Source: Chloroflexota bacterium (GTDB taxonomy: Bacteria; Chloroflexota; UBA11872; VXOZ01). From it: 64,000 nt of DNA. Below, one piece after another: positions 11,541 through 20,779 of this stretch (the stretch's first letter is position 1; every line of letters begins with the position of its first letter). The position numbers were made by a program, and so were the translations under genes. The notes below the pieces were generated by a model that saw only the letters and a list, made by a program, of their open reading frames with translations, was not told the origin of the DNA and ran no database searches. The DNA is taken from assembly GCA_965221905.1 (NCBI GenBank), contig OZ244922.1, positions 1,184,001-1,248,000 of the forward strand. Reading direction: 5' to 3'.

Positions 11541-11572
11541 CCCCTCCAGAGGGAGAGGGTTAGGGTGAGGGG
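11541..11572 (-). repeat. CCCTCACCC...GGGAGAGGG-type palindromic repeat
   Basis: GGGAGAGGGTTAGGGTGAGGGG; related copy at about 61227-61263. Confidence 0.6.
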
Positions 11573-11635
11573 ATCCGAGATCTGGGCCACATGCTCGACC
11601 GATCTGCTAGGACCTACTTCCTCACGAACAACCCT

Positions 11636-11662
11636 AGATTTCTCGCTTCGCTCGAAATGACA
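11636..11662 (-). repeat. TGTCATT-type palindromic repeat (GIY-YIG flank family)
   Basis: Reverse complement TGTCATTTCGAGCGAAGCGAGAAATCT resembles 16889-16915. Confidence 0.75.
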
Positions 11663-11770
11663 GTTGATCGCAACATACAATTGGCAGCAGTTTCCGATAC
11701 AACAGCGACTGCACGAGTCAACGAATTTTAGCCTCACTTTCCTCCCGGGCTAGGGCTTGCACCGTCTTCC

Positions 11771-12061
11771 TCAATCATATGGTGGAAACTTGCGCTGAAC
11801 ACCCGTGGGACGCAGGCCATGGGGATCATTAGGTTCGCGCACCCAGTCGTGATCAATCGTTATCACCGCATCGGGCCCCCATTCCTCCCACACCCGGTCA
11901 AGCACGCTAACGTCGTGCAACTCATCACAGTCGAAGCATTTAATCTGCCGCCCATAGTGTGAGCGAAACGCCGCTACCGTCAGCTTTGACATATAAACGT
12001 ACCCACGCTCTGACGTTCGCTCTTGCGGAAGGCGCCTCACGATGAACTCATGCCTCGGCAT
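11771..12061 (-). CDS. Hypothetical His/CxxC/His protein, cassette gene B2 (96 aa)
   Basis: ATG at 12061 with GGAGG RBS; paralog of 12644..12979. Confidence 0.75.
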   Translation of the reverse strand: MPRHEFIVRRLPQERTSERGYVYMSKLTVAAFRSHYGRQIKCFDCDELHDVSVLDRVWEEWGPDAVITIDHDWVREPNDPHGLRPTGVQRKFPPYD

Positions 12062-12521
12062 CTCCCACCTCCTCCGATGTGCGGAATTCGTAGGTCGGAT
12101 ACCAAATTTCACGGTAGGGCCGCTCCGGTTTCGCCGATTCGCGGTAGACGATGCCGAAGAGCCGCTCGTGTCGTCCGTCGCCATTGAGGACGTACGTCTC
12201 ACGCGTGCCCTCTTCATAGAGGATCGCGTGGATTGGCGGGGGAGCCTCCGCGGCGGGACCGTAGTCCTCGGGACGCTCATTGTCCCGATAGTAATTGTGC
12301 GTGAGCTGTATGGTAATTTTGGTGTCCGGCTCGTACTCTTCTTCCAAGTATTCGAACCCGTGCCCCGGCGGCATTAATTCGCCACAACCCCCGCAAGCAA
12401 ATCGACCTGAAGGAGGGGTGTTGCGGTATTCCGCTACCGTAAATGTGGGCACGCCGGGGTGGAGCAGCAGGGCCTTTATCCCACTCTCAATGGGGATAAC
12501 GCCGAAACTGTGCTTGGGCAT
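12048..12521 (-). CDS. Hypothetical His/CxxC/His protein, cassette gene A2 (157 aa)
   Basis: Paralog of 12966..13442; shares ERLFGIVYRE...PERPYR.WYPT. Confidence 0.78.
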   Translation of the reverse strand: MPKHSFGVIPIESGIKALLLHPGVPTFTVAEYRNTPPSGRFACGGCGELMPPGHGFEYLEEEYEPDTKITIQLTHNYYRDNERPEDYGPAAEAPPPIHAILYEEGTRETYVLNGDGRHERLFGIVYRESAKPERPYREIWYPTYEFRTSEEVGDAEA

Positions 12522-12643
12522 TGCGAGACCCCTTTGCAGTGCAGGGCCGCAGGCCTCTCCTACCGGAGTGACAAACTACCAATGCACATGTGTGGCAGCA
12601 AGACTGACAAGAATATGACTACACGAGTCAACAGATACTAGCT

Positions 12644-12979
12644 TCACTTTCCTGCCGGACCGGAACCAGTACCATTTTCCCCATATTCTCGCGGAAGTAT
12701 GCTCTTTACCATCTCCGCCCAATTTGGCGGTGGCTCACGAGGGTCGCCAGGCTCAAGACTCCAATGGTGAGACACCGTGATCACGGTGTCGGGCCCCCAT
12801 CTTTTCCACAGCCGGTCAAGACCGGTCGCGTCGATCATCTCGTCGCAATAAGCGCACTTGATCTGCTGTCCCCAGCGGGCCTGATACGCCGCTACCGTCC
12901 GGTCGGACATGTCGATGTGCCCAAACATATCCAGTTTTTCTTGTGGAACCCGCTTTAAAATGGTCTCATGCCTCGCCAT
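12644..12979 (-). CDS. Hypothetical His/CxxC/His protein, cassette gene B1 (111 aa)
   Basis: ATG at 12979 with GGAGG RBS; MARHE...QIKCAYCDE...WGPDTVITVSH. Confidence 0.75.
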   Translation of the reverse strand: MARHETILKRVPQEKLDMFGHIDMSDRTVAAYQARWGQQIKCAYCDEMIDATGLDRLWKRWGPDTVITVSHHWSLEPGDPREPPPNWAEMVKSILPREYGENGTGSGPAGK

Positions 12980-13442
12980 CCTGTACCTCCAAGGGAGCGC
13001 GAAAGTCGCCGGTGGGGTACCAGACATCACGGTACGGCCGCTCCGGCGCCGCGACTTCGCGATAGACGATGCCGAAGAGCCGCTCCTCACGATGGCCGCC
13101 ATCCGAGACATACCGCTCACATGCGTCATCTTCATATAAAAGCACGTGTGTTGTCGCGGGAGTCTCTGCGTCAGGGGCAACATCTGCGGCACCCACATCA
13201 TCGGCGTAGTGGTTGTGCGTGAGCGTTACGGTAATCAGGGTTTCCGGCCCGTATTCTCGATCCATGTGCTTGAACCCATCTCGCGTCGATTGCGGCTCGC
13301 CGCAACTTCCGCAGCGAATCGCTCCCAATGGATGAGCCTCACGAAACTCCGCCAGCGTATACGTTGGAGCTCCGGGATGAAGCCACGGGGCCAACTTGTA
13401 CTTGTCACCGAGAATCGAAGGTCCGATACCGTGCTTCAGCAT
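12966..13442 (-). CDS. Hypothetical His/CxxC/His protein, cassette gene A1 (158 aa)
   Basis: MLKH...CGSCGE...GPETLITVTLTH; start chosen by alignment to A2. Confidence 0.78.
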   Translation of the reverse strand: MLKHGIGPSILGDKYKLAPWLHPGAPTYTLAEFREAHPLGAIRCGSCGEPQSTRDGFKHMDREYGPETLITVTLTHNHYADDVGAADVAPDAETPATTHVLLYEDDACERYVSDGGHREERLFGIVYREVAAPERPYRDVWYPTGDFRAPLEVQDGEA

Positions 13443-13773
13443 GGGTAGACTCCAGAATGCGCAGGCGGTAAGACATCCTCTATACATTCTTGAGATTAAG
13501 GCACATTGGATGAATGGTCAATAGCTTCGGCAGGGAGATGTGCCTTGATTTCGAATTCTCCGGTTGCACAAGATCCGTGGCCCAAGAACTGCAATTGGCA
13601 GCAGGAGTGCAATATGTCCATCCGTTCGTGCTGAGTGGGCTTCGCGGAGCCCTTGTCAAAGCATGAACGAATGGCCAGAACAGGCAGCAAGCTTACCCGC
13701 AGCCGTTTGACAATGCCGAACCCTTGCAGGAGAGACTTCCGCAGTTCACGCGAACTTCGATAAAGCGCCTAGC

Positions 13774-15228
13774 CTATTCAGGCGGTTGCCAGCGCAGGTT
13801 GGGACGGCGGGCGGCAGTGGTCTCGTCGAGACGGCGTACGGGAGCGGAGATGGGAGCCTCTTTGAGTTTCTCCGGAGCCGTTTGCGCTTCCTCGGCGATG
13901 GCGAGGAGGGCGTCTATGAAGGTGTCGAGGGTGTCTTTGTTTTCGGTTTCCGTCGGCTCGATCATCAGGGCCTCCGGCACGATGAGCGGAAAATAGACCG
14001 TGGAGGGATGAAAGCCGTAGTCAATCATGCGCTTGGCGACGTCCAGCGTGCGCACGCCCTCGGCCTTCTCCTTCAAACCGGCAAAGACGACCTCGTGCAT
14101 GCACGTACGGTCGTAGCGCAGGGCGTAAGCGTCGCGCAGGCGCTCTTTCAAGTAGTTTGCATTGAGCACGGCGTACTCCCCCGCGCGCTTGATACCCTCG
14201 GCCCCCAGCGTGCAGATGTAGGTGTAGGCGCGCACCTGGTTGAGGAAATTTCCGTAGAACGAATGGATGCGACCGATACTATCGGGGCGGTCGTAGTCCC
14301 AGGCGTACACGCCGTCTTCCTCCTTGACGAGCGGCACCGGCAGGTACGGCTCCAGCGTTTCGTTGACGCAGATCGCGCCCGCGCCGGGTCCACCGCCGCC
14401 GTGGGGCGTGGTGAAGGTCTTGTGTAGGTTGAGGTGGAGCACGTCCAGCCCCAACGCGGCGGGCTGCACCGTGCCCAGCAGCGCGTTCATGTTGGCCCCG
14501 TCGCAGTAGACGAGCGCGCCGACCTCGTGCGCCATGCGGCAGATTTCCACGATGTCCTGCTCGAAGAGGCCGAGCGTGTTCGGCACCGTAAGCATCAAGC
14601 CCGCGACATCCTCATCGAGCAACGCAGCCAGCGCGTCCATGTCCACGGTGCCGCGTGCGCTGGAAGGCACTTCGATTGCGGCATAACCGCACATGGCGGC
14701 CGTAGCCGGATTCGTGCCGTGGGCGGAATCGGGAATGATCATCTTGCGGCGCGGATTTCCCTGCTTGACGTGGTACGCCCGGATCATCAGCACGCCGCAG
14801 AGTTCGCCGTGAGCGCCCGCGGCCGGCTGCAGCGAACAGTTGGCGTAGCCGGTAATTTCCATAAGCGCCCGGGAGAGATTGTGCATGAGGGCGAGTGCAC
14901 CCTGAATCGTGTTCTCCGGCTGATGTGGATGGATGAACGAAAAGCCCGGTAGGCCCGCGACAGCGTCGTTCACCTTGGGATTGTACTTCATGGTGCAGGA
15001 ACCCAGCGGATAGAAGTCGTGCTCAATGCTGTAGTTGCGCTGTGAGAGTCGGGTAAAGTGTCGCACAACGTCGAGCTCAGACACTTCCGGCAGGGGAAGT
15101 GCGGCCCGCTGCCAGTGCTCGGGAATATCTGCTTCGCTATCGAGCGCAGGCACGTCGCTTTCCGGTAACGAATACCCACGGCGTCCGGGAGAACTACGCT
15201 CGAAGATCAAGGGTTCTGCGTTTTGCAT
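13774..15228 (-). CDS. gcvPB: Glycine dehydrogenase subunit 2
   Basis: PLGSCTMKYNP and LNLHKTFTTPHGGGGPG motifs. Confidence 0.96.
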   Translation of the reverse strand: MQNAEPLIFERSSPGRRGYSLPESDVPALDSEADIPEHWQRAALPLPEVSELDVVRHFTRLSQRNYSIEHDFYPLGSCTMKYNPKVNDAVAGLPGFSFIHPHQPENTIQGALALMHNLSRALMEITGYANCSLQPAAGAHGELCGVLMIRAYHVKQGNPRRKMIIPDSAHGTNPATAAMCGYAAIEVPSSARGTVDMDALAALLDEDVAGLMLTVPNTLGLFEQDIVEICRMAHEVGALVYCDGANMNALLGTVQPAALGLDVLHLNLHKTFTTPHGGGGPGAGAICVNETLEPYLPVPLVKEEDGVYAWDYDRPDSIGRIHSFYGNFLNQVRAYTYICTLGAEGIKRAGEYAVLNANYLKERLRDAYALRYDRTCMHEVVFAGLKEKAEGVRTLDVAKRMIDYGFHPSTVYFPLIVPEALMIEPTETENKDTLDTFIDALLAIAEEAQTAPEKLKEAPISAPVRRLDETTAARRPNLRWQPPE

Positions 15229-15319
15229 CTTTAGCTTGTCCTAATTCTTTGAATGCTCTTGTGACTGTAGCGGGGCGGCGTCTAAGTGACTGTCCAACGT
15301 GTTACTCTCTTCGGGATAT

Positions 15320-16675
15320 CTAGCCAAACCCACCCAGCGCTGTCACGAGGCGGTCTATATCCTCCCGTGTACTCAACTCGGTAACGCAGACCAGCATGTG
15401 ATGATCGAGCTCATCACGCACCCGCCCAAGGTCGTAGCCGCCCAGCACGCCGTGTTCGAGCAAGTGCTCGTTGACGCTGCTCACCGGAGCGGGACAATGT
15501 ACTACAAACTCTTTGATATAGGGCCCGGGCGACGTAACGGAGAAGCTGGCCAGCGCGTCTATCTCCGCAGCGGCATAGTGCGACTTCGCAAGGCAGAGAT
15601 CGGCTTTCTTGCGCATGCCCGCCGGGCCGAGCCAACTGACGTTGATCGTGAACGCCAGAGCTGCCAGCGCTTCATTGGTGCAGATATTTGAGGTGGCCTT
15701 TTCACGGCGGATGTGTTGCTCACGGGCTTGGAGGGTCATCACGAATCCGCGCTTGCCTTCCAGGTCTTTGGTCATGCCGGAGACCCTGCCGGGCATCTGG
15801 CGCATGTACCGTTTGCGTGTCGCGTAGAGGCCCAGCCGGGGGCCGCCAAAGGCGGGCGGCAGCGCCAGACTGTGTCCCTCGCCGGTGACAATGTCGGCGC
15901 CGTACTCACCGGGCGGCGTCAGGATGCCGAGGGCGACCGGATCGGCGCTTACGACCAGCATGGCGCCGTGGGCGTGAACGTCTTCCGCGACCTGTTGGCA
16001 CTCATGTACCCAGCCGAGGAAATTTGGCACCTGCACGGCAACGCAGGCTGTATCCTCATCGATGGCGGCGCTCAACGCCTCCCAGCGATCATGGAACATG
16101 CCGTCATCGTCCAGGGCAAACACCGGTACGCGCACGAGGGTGAGTTCGCGACCCTCGGCGTAGGTCTCCAACACCTCGAGGGTGGTTGGATGGAACGTGT
16201 CCGGTACAACAACCTTGGAACGCTTTGTGATGCTGCAAGCGGTCAGCACCGCTTCCGCGGTGGCGGTTGCCTCGTCGTACATGCTGGCGTTCGCCACGTC
16301 CATACCGGTGAGCACGCAGACCATACTCTGAAATTCGTACATGGCCTGCAGAGTGCCCTGGGAGAGTTCGGGCTGGTAGGGCGTATAGCTTGTCAGGAAC
16401 TCGCCCCGCAGAATCAAGGCATTTACGATGCTGGGAACAAAGTGATTATAGCTGCCGGCGCCCAGAAAGCTGGGCATTTCCTGCACATTGCGGTTCAGCC
16501 CGGCGAGTGATTGCATGTGTCGGATGACTTCCGGCTCGGCCATGCCGGGCGGCAGGTCCAGGGTCGGATGGCGTACATCCTCGGGGATATCGTGAAAGAG
16601 GTCTGCGCTGCTGGCTACGCCAATCGCACGCAACATTGCCTCTTTGTCTTCGCTACTGTGTGGTACGTAGTCCAT
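15320..16675 (-). CDS. gcvPA: Glycine dehydrogenase subunit 1
   Basis: TSYTPYQPELSQG and REQHIRREKATSNICTN motifs. Confidence 0.96.
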   Translation of the reverse strand: MDYVPHSSEDKEAMLRAIGVASSADLFHDIPEDVRHPTLDLPPGMAEPEVIRHMQSLAGLNRNVQEMPSFLGAGSYNHFVPSIVNALILRGEFLTSYTPYQPELSQGTLQAMYEFQSMVCVLTGMDVANASMYDEATATAEAVLTACSITKRSKVVVPDTFHPTTLEVLETYAEGRELTLVRVPVFALDDDGMFHDRWEALSAAIDEDTACVAVQVPNFLGWVHECQQVAEDVHAHGAMLVVSADPVALGILTPPGEYGADIVTGEGHSLALPPAFGGPRLGLYATRKRYMRQMPGRVSGMTKDLEGKRGFVMTLQAREQHIRREKATSNICTNEALAALAFTINVSWLGPAGMRKKADLCLAKSHYAAAEIDALASFSVTSPGPYIKEFVVHCPAPVSSVNEHLLEHGVLGGYDLGRVRDELDHHMLVCVTELSTREDIDRLVTALGGFG

Positions 16676-16888
16676 AGCACCTTCTTCATTAAAGCAAGAA
16701 TTGTCAGACTTCCTAAAACTCGCGCTTGTAAACAAACTACCTAAAGTAATTCTGCATCCTTGTCCAACCCGTAAGCTCTGCGCAATTCAGTTGCGAGGCA
16801 ATGCAGTGGCACGCGGTCTAAGAGAACTTTCTGAGTGAACAGTAGTTTGGTCTCACGTCGCCGAAATCGCGTGGAGTTTCGCTTCATA

Positions 16889-17278
16889 TGTCATTCCGAG
16901 CGCAGCGAGGAATCTAGGGTCAAATTGCGCACTCTCCAAACCAGTCCAGCGCCAAATCCTTCCATCGGGGATTTGCAGACTCGACGAGCGCGATCTTCTT
17001 GCTCCTTCGCCACTTCTTGATCTGCTTCTCTCGCGCTATCGCCGATTCTACGTCTGACGTCTCTTCATAGTAAGCTAGCCACGTCAAATTGTACTTCCTT
17101 GTGAAACCCGGAACGAGTCTCTGCCTGTGCTCATGTATTCGACGAAAGAGATCGCTGGTGACACCTAAATAGAGCGTTCGGACACTATTGGTCAGGATGT
17201 ACACGTAGTAAGACCTGTCTTGACTCTTGGCCAAGTTCTTTAGATTCCTCTCTCCGCTTCGCTCCGTTCGGAATGACA
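16889..17278 (-). mobile_element. GIY-YIG nuclease gene bounded by palindromic inverted repeats
   Basis: Ends TGTCATTCCGAGCG...CGTTCGGAATGACA; lies between gcvH and gcvPA; gene-less copy at 59756-59872. Confidence 0.6.
16920..17234 (-). CDS. GIY-YIG nuclease family protein
   Basis: YYVYIL...LYLGVTSDLFRRIHEH...AIAREKQIKKWRRSKKIALVESANPRWKDL; probable TTG start. Confidence 0.9.
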   Translation of the reverse strand: MAKSQDRSYYVYILTNSVRTLYLGVTSDLFRRIHEHRQRLVPGFTRKYNLTWLAYYEETSDVESAIAREKQIKKWRRSKKIALVESANPRWKDLALDWFGECAI

Positions 17279-17444
17279 TGGGGAAAGTAGCTCTCTTACT
17301 TTCGCCAACTCGGTTCAATCTAGGCGCCGTGACGGATCTATGATCTTGGTATTTCACTTAAGGACCACAAGTTTCGCGCAAGCCCTGTAAACTCGCGGGC
17401 TTTAGAAACTTCCTGGGGCCGCACTTTCAACAACCAACCCTGCC

Positions 17445-17840
17445 CTAGTGCGCGCCGGACTCTGCCAGCACTTCCTTGTATCCCGCGGCGTCGAGCAGCG
17501 TTGCCCATTCTTCATCCAGGTTTGAAGGTCGGATCTTGAGCATCCATCCTTCATCGTACGGGGAATCGTTGACCAACTCCGGATTATCGGTAAGCCCCTC
17601 ATTCACCTCCACAATCTCGCCTGCAATCGGCGAGTAGAGATCGGAGGCAGTCTTCACGGACTCTACGACGCCGAATTCTCCCATTATCTCCACCTGGGTG
17701 CCGGGCTGCGGCAACTCCACGTAGACAATGTCGCCGAGTTCGCCCTGGGCGTAATCGGTGATGCCAACTACGCAGAGGTCGCCCTCCATGCGCGCCCATT
17801 CGTGTTCTTTGGTATAGCACAACTCATCCGGTATGTTCAT
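17445..17840 (-). CDS. gcvH: Glycine cleavage system H protein
   Basis: HEW, GITDYAQ and the VESVKT lipoyl-lysine motif. Confidence 0.96.
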   Translation of the reverse strand: MNIPDELCYTKEHEWARMEGDLCVVGITDYAQGELGDIVYVELPQPGTQVEIMGEFGVVESVKTASDLYSPIAGEIVEVNEGLTDNPELVNDSPYDEGWMLKIRPSNLDEEWATLLDAAGYKEVLAESGAH

Positions 17841-18052
17841 ATGCTTCTCCGTTGCAATTCACTGAAAGCAGCTTGGCAGCGCATGTATTCCCTTTATGCC
17901 GCCCCGATGATACCGCAGTGCTTCCGATGGCTTCTAGTAGTCTCCCGGACTTGCGGGTGCTCCGGTCCGGTGTCATCGTCTACGCTTGCGTTCCGCTCGA
18001 TCTTCGCGCAAGAGTGTGCGCGATGCGTCTGCTTGCGATAGCAACAAGCCAA

Positions 18053-19156
18053 TCACCGCGGGCGTTGATAGAACGGCATTGCGACCACTCTGGCTTCGCG
18101 CAAGTCCGCACGAATGCGCATGTGGACCGTAGCACCCACCAACGCAGTTCCTGTCTCTACATTCGCTATAGCAATCGCCTTCTGCAGTGTTGGGCTGAAC
18201 GTGCCGCTTGTAACGAGGCCGACGTCTTCACCATCCACGACGATGAGACATCCCTCTCGTGCGATGCCGCGATCTATGAGTTCCAGGCCGATCAACTCCC
18301 TGTCAGGGCCCAATAGCCGCACGTCTACAAGAGCCTCTCTGCCAATGAATTGACGGTCCTTGAAGCGCACGAACTTCTGCAGTCCCGCGTCAAAGGGAGA
18401 CGTCGCGTCATCCAACTCGTGCCCGTACAGCGGTAGCCCAGCTTCCAGCCGCAGGGTATCGCGTGCGCCGAGCCCTACGGGCTTTATGCCGTGCGCGGCT
18501 CCCTGTCCCAGTATTGTGCGCCAAGCCTCTTCCGCGTCCATGGCAGGCACGAAGAGCTCGAAGCCGTCCTCGCCGGTGTATCCGGTGCGGGTGATTGTAA
18601 TTGTGTTGCCCAGAAACGGAGCCTGCGTGCCACGGTAATAGCGCACTGCGCCGAGGTCGGCGGCACTACCCACCATGCTCTGCAGGAGAGCGAGCGCTTT
18701 CGGTCCCTGTACGGCCAGCAGCGCAAGCGCGCCATTCTGGACAGTAATGTCAATTGTCCAATGCTGGCTTGAGATCTGGTGCTCCAGCCAGTCGACGATT
18801 GTGTCGGTGTTAGAGGCGTTTACGACCAACCGATAGTGGGTAGGCAGCCGATAGATCAGCACATCATCCAGTATCCCGCCATCCGGACGACACACAAGAC
18901 TATAGCGAATCTGGTTTTCGGCAAGGTCGGTTACCTTGTTTGTCAGGATACCGTCCAAGAAGGCGGGGACGGCGTCGCCGGCAAAGTCGAGGATGCCCAT
19001 GTGGCTGATGTCGAAGAGCCCGATCGCGCTGCGCACCGCCCGGTGTTCCGCAATCACGCCTTCGTACTGGACCGGCATTTCCCAGCCCGCAAAGGGCACT
19101 ATCCGCGCGCCTGCCTCGACGTGGGACTCAAAGAGGGGTGTACGCTTGAGTTGCAT
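18053..19156 (-). CDS. gcvT: Glycine cleavage aminomethyltransferase T
   Basis: FDISHMG, RTGYTGEDGFE and GLGARDTLRLEAG motifs. Confidence 0.96.
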   Translation of the reverse strand: MQLKRTPLFESHVEAGARIVPFAGWEMPVQYEGVIAEHRAVRSAIGLFDISHMGILDFAGDAVPAFLDGILTNKVTDLAENQIRYSLVCRPDGGILDDVLIYRLPTHYRLVVNASNTDTIVDWLEHQISSQHWTIDITVQNGALALLAVQGPKALALLQSMVGSAADLGAVRYYRGTQAPFLGNTITITRTGYTGEDGFELFVPAMDAEEAWRTILGQGAAHGIKPVGLGARDTLRLEAGLPLYGHELDDATSPFDAGLQKFVRFKDRQFIGREALVDVRLLGPDRELIGLELIDRGIAREGCLIVVDGEDVGLVTSGTFSPTLQKAIAIANVETGTALVGATVHMRIRADLREARVVAMPFYQRPR

Positions 19157-19384
19157 AGTTTCCTGACGTTGAGTACTAGAGTGTTTACCTAAGCTTGGAC
19201 TAACCACCACTGTGTTTATTCTACCCAGTCAAAGCAGTGGCTTCAACGTATGCAGCGCATGCGCCCTGGTGTGCAGTCGCTCGCTGAGATGCTCTCTTTC
19301 CGCCCCGCTGCTTTGGTGGGCGCTTAGCGTCGCAAAGCGGCAAGGACGGCGTGATACAATGGCGCACAAGGAAAGGAACTACCC

Positions 19385-20779
19385 ATGCCTCAGTTGCTCC
19401 TGTTTGGCATGAATGCGGGCGACGCATCTGCTGAATCCACTGCTGCATCCGCTTTCATGACAGGGCCTGCGTCGATTCTTGCCGGCAATCCCCGGCATCC
19501 ATTGCTCCGGCAGCACTTTGGGGTGCGCATGCGAGAAGCGACTGCGTCGCGAGTCCGCGCGGCACTGGAGGGACAGGGCGACGTGGCCTATGTGTCTGTA
19601 GGGCACCCGCTCCTCGATGACGGATCGGCGCGCGCACTGCACAACCAGGCTGCGGCGATGGGGTGGGAGGTGCAAGTCTTTGCTGCACCCAGTCTGCTGG
19701 AGCCGGCATACTCGTCACTCACGGTCGGCAGCACTCCTCACTTGGTTGTAGGCGGGGCAGCGCCTAAAGACATGGCAACAGATACGGCACTTCTTGTATT
19801 GGCGGCGAATGTATCGCCGCGTACGCTGCGTGAGCTAGCTCGAAATTACCCCGCAGCTCATCAGGTTGACGCACTTGTGCTCCATGGCGAGCAAGTGTCG
19901 GCGGTGCACACGTTGCCCCTTCGCGAAGCGATCACACAGCACCCCGACGTGCTCTACATTCCACCACTAACGCCCCTTGAGCGGCTGGACACACCTGACT
20001 CTCTCCGTTGGATCATGGCGCGCTTGCGCGCGCCGGACGGCTGCCCGTGGGACCAGGAACAGACCCATCAAACGCTCAAAAAGCACCTTATGGAAGAGAC
20101 TGCTGAGGTGCTCGACGCGCTCGATGAAGAAGATATGGCAGCACTCCGCGAAGAACTGGGCGACCTTCTCCTCCAGGTGTACTTTCAAGCACAAGTTGCT
20201 GAAGAACAGGGGGATTTTACGTTCGACGACGTGGTGCGCGGGATTAACGAGAAGCTCGTGCGCCGCCATCCCCACGTATTTGGCGACGGTGCGGCGGGCA
20301 GTGCCGCGCAAGCCTTGGCCAATTGGGAGCAGATCAAGCAAGAAGAGCATTCAGCGCAGGGCAAGGAGCGGCACTCCGTGCTCGATCGGGTACCGCGCTC
20401 GCTGTCCGGCTTGGCGGCGGCGCAGGCGATTGGCAACACAGTAGCTAAGGTGGGATTTGATTGGCCGGACATACAGGATGTCTTGGAAAAGCTGCGTGAA
20501 GAGATCGACGAATTGGTTGCCGCCGAGACGCCCGAGCATCGTTTTGAAGAATTCGGCGACGTGCTTTTCGTGTTGGCGCAGGTCGCGAAGTGGCTGCAGG
20601 TAGATGCAGAGGAGTCGTTGCGTGCCTCCAACAGCAAGTTCCGGCGCCGCTTTGCCTATATGGAAGACGTTGCACGAGACGCGGGTAGCACCCTAAGCGA
20701 CTACTCGCCCGAGAAGCTTGACTCTCTTTGGGAAGAGGCCAAGCTGGCCACGAACGATCCTTGGGGATGCCCCCGCTAG
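19385..20779 (+). CDS. mazG: MazG/YabN nucleoside triphosphate pyrophosphohydrolase with degenerate N-terminal methylase-like domain
   Basis: GCPWDQEQTH, EELGDLLLQV, KLVRRHPHVF and GFDW motifs. Confidence 0.9.
   Translation: MPQLLLFGMNAGDASAESTAASAFMTGPASILAGNPRHPLLRQHFGVRMREATASRVRAALEGQGDVAYVSVGHPLLDDGSARALHNQAAAMGWEVQVFAAPSLLEPAYSSLTVGSTPHLVVGGAAPKDMATDTALLVLAANVSPRTLRELARNYPAAHQVDALVLHGEQVSAVHTLPLREAITQHPDVLYIPPLTPLERLDTPDSLRWIMARLRAPDGCPWDQEQTHQTLKKHLMEETAEVLDALDEEDMAALREELGDLLLQVYFQAQVAEEQGDFTFDDVVRGINEKLVRRHPHVFGDGAAGSAAQALANWEQIKQEEHSAQGKERHSVLDRVPRSLSGLAAAQAIGNTVAKVGFDWPDIQDVLEKLREEIDELVAAETPEHRFEEFGDVLFVLAQVAKWLQVDAEESLRASNSKFRRRFAYMEDVARDAGSTLSDYSPEKLDSLWEEAKLATNDPWGCPR

Noticed and set aside
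11771-13201. Long ORF-track versions 11771..12280 and 12644..13201
   Set aside because: Their N-terminal extensions overlap the A genes in another frame; RBS-supported starts are at 12061 and 12979.
17235-17357. N-terminal extension of the GIY-YIG ORF
   Set aside because: It translates through the palindromic repeat (SFRTERSGERNL), so it is probably not coding.
19157-19384. Glycine riboswitch upstream of gcvT
   Set aside because: Only fragments (GAGAG, TCTCAG) are present and the CCGAAG core was not found; an Rfam scan would settle it.
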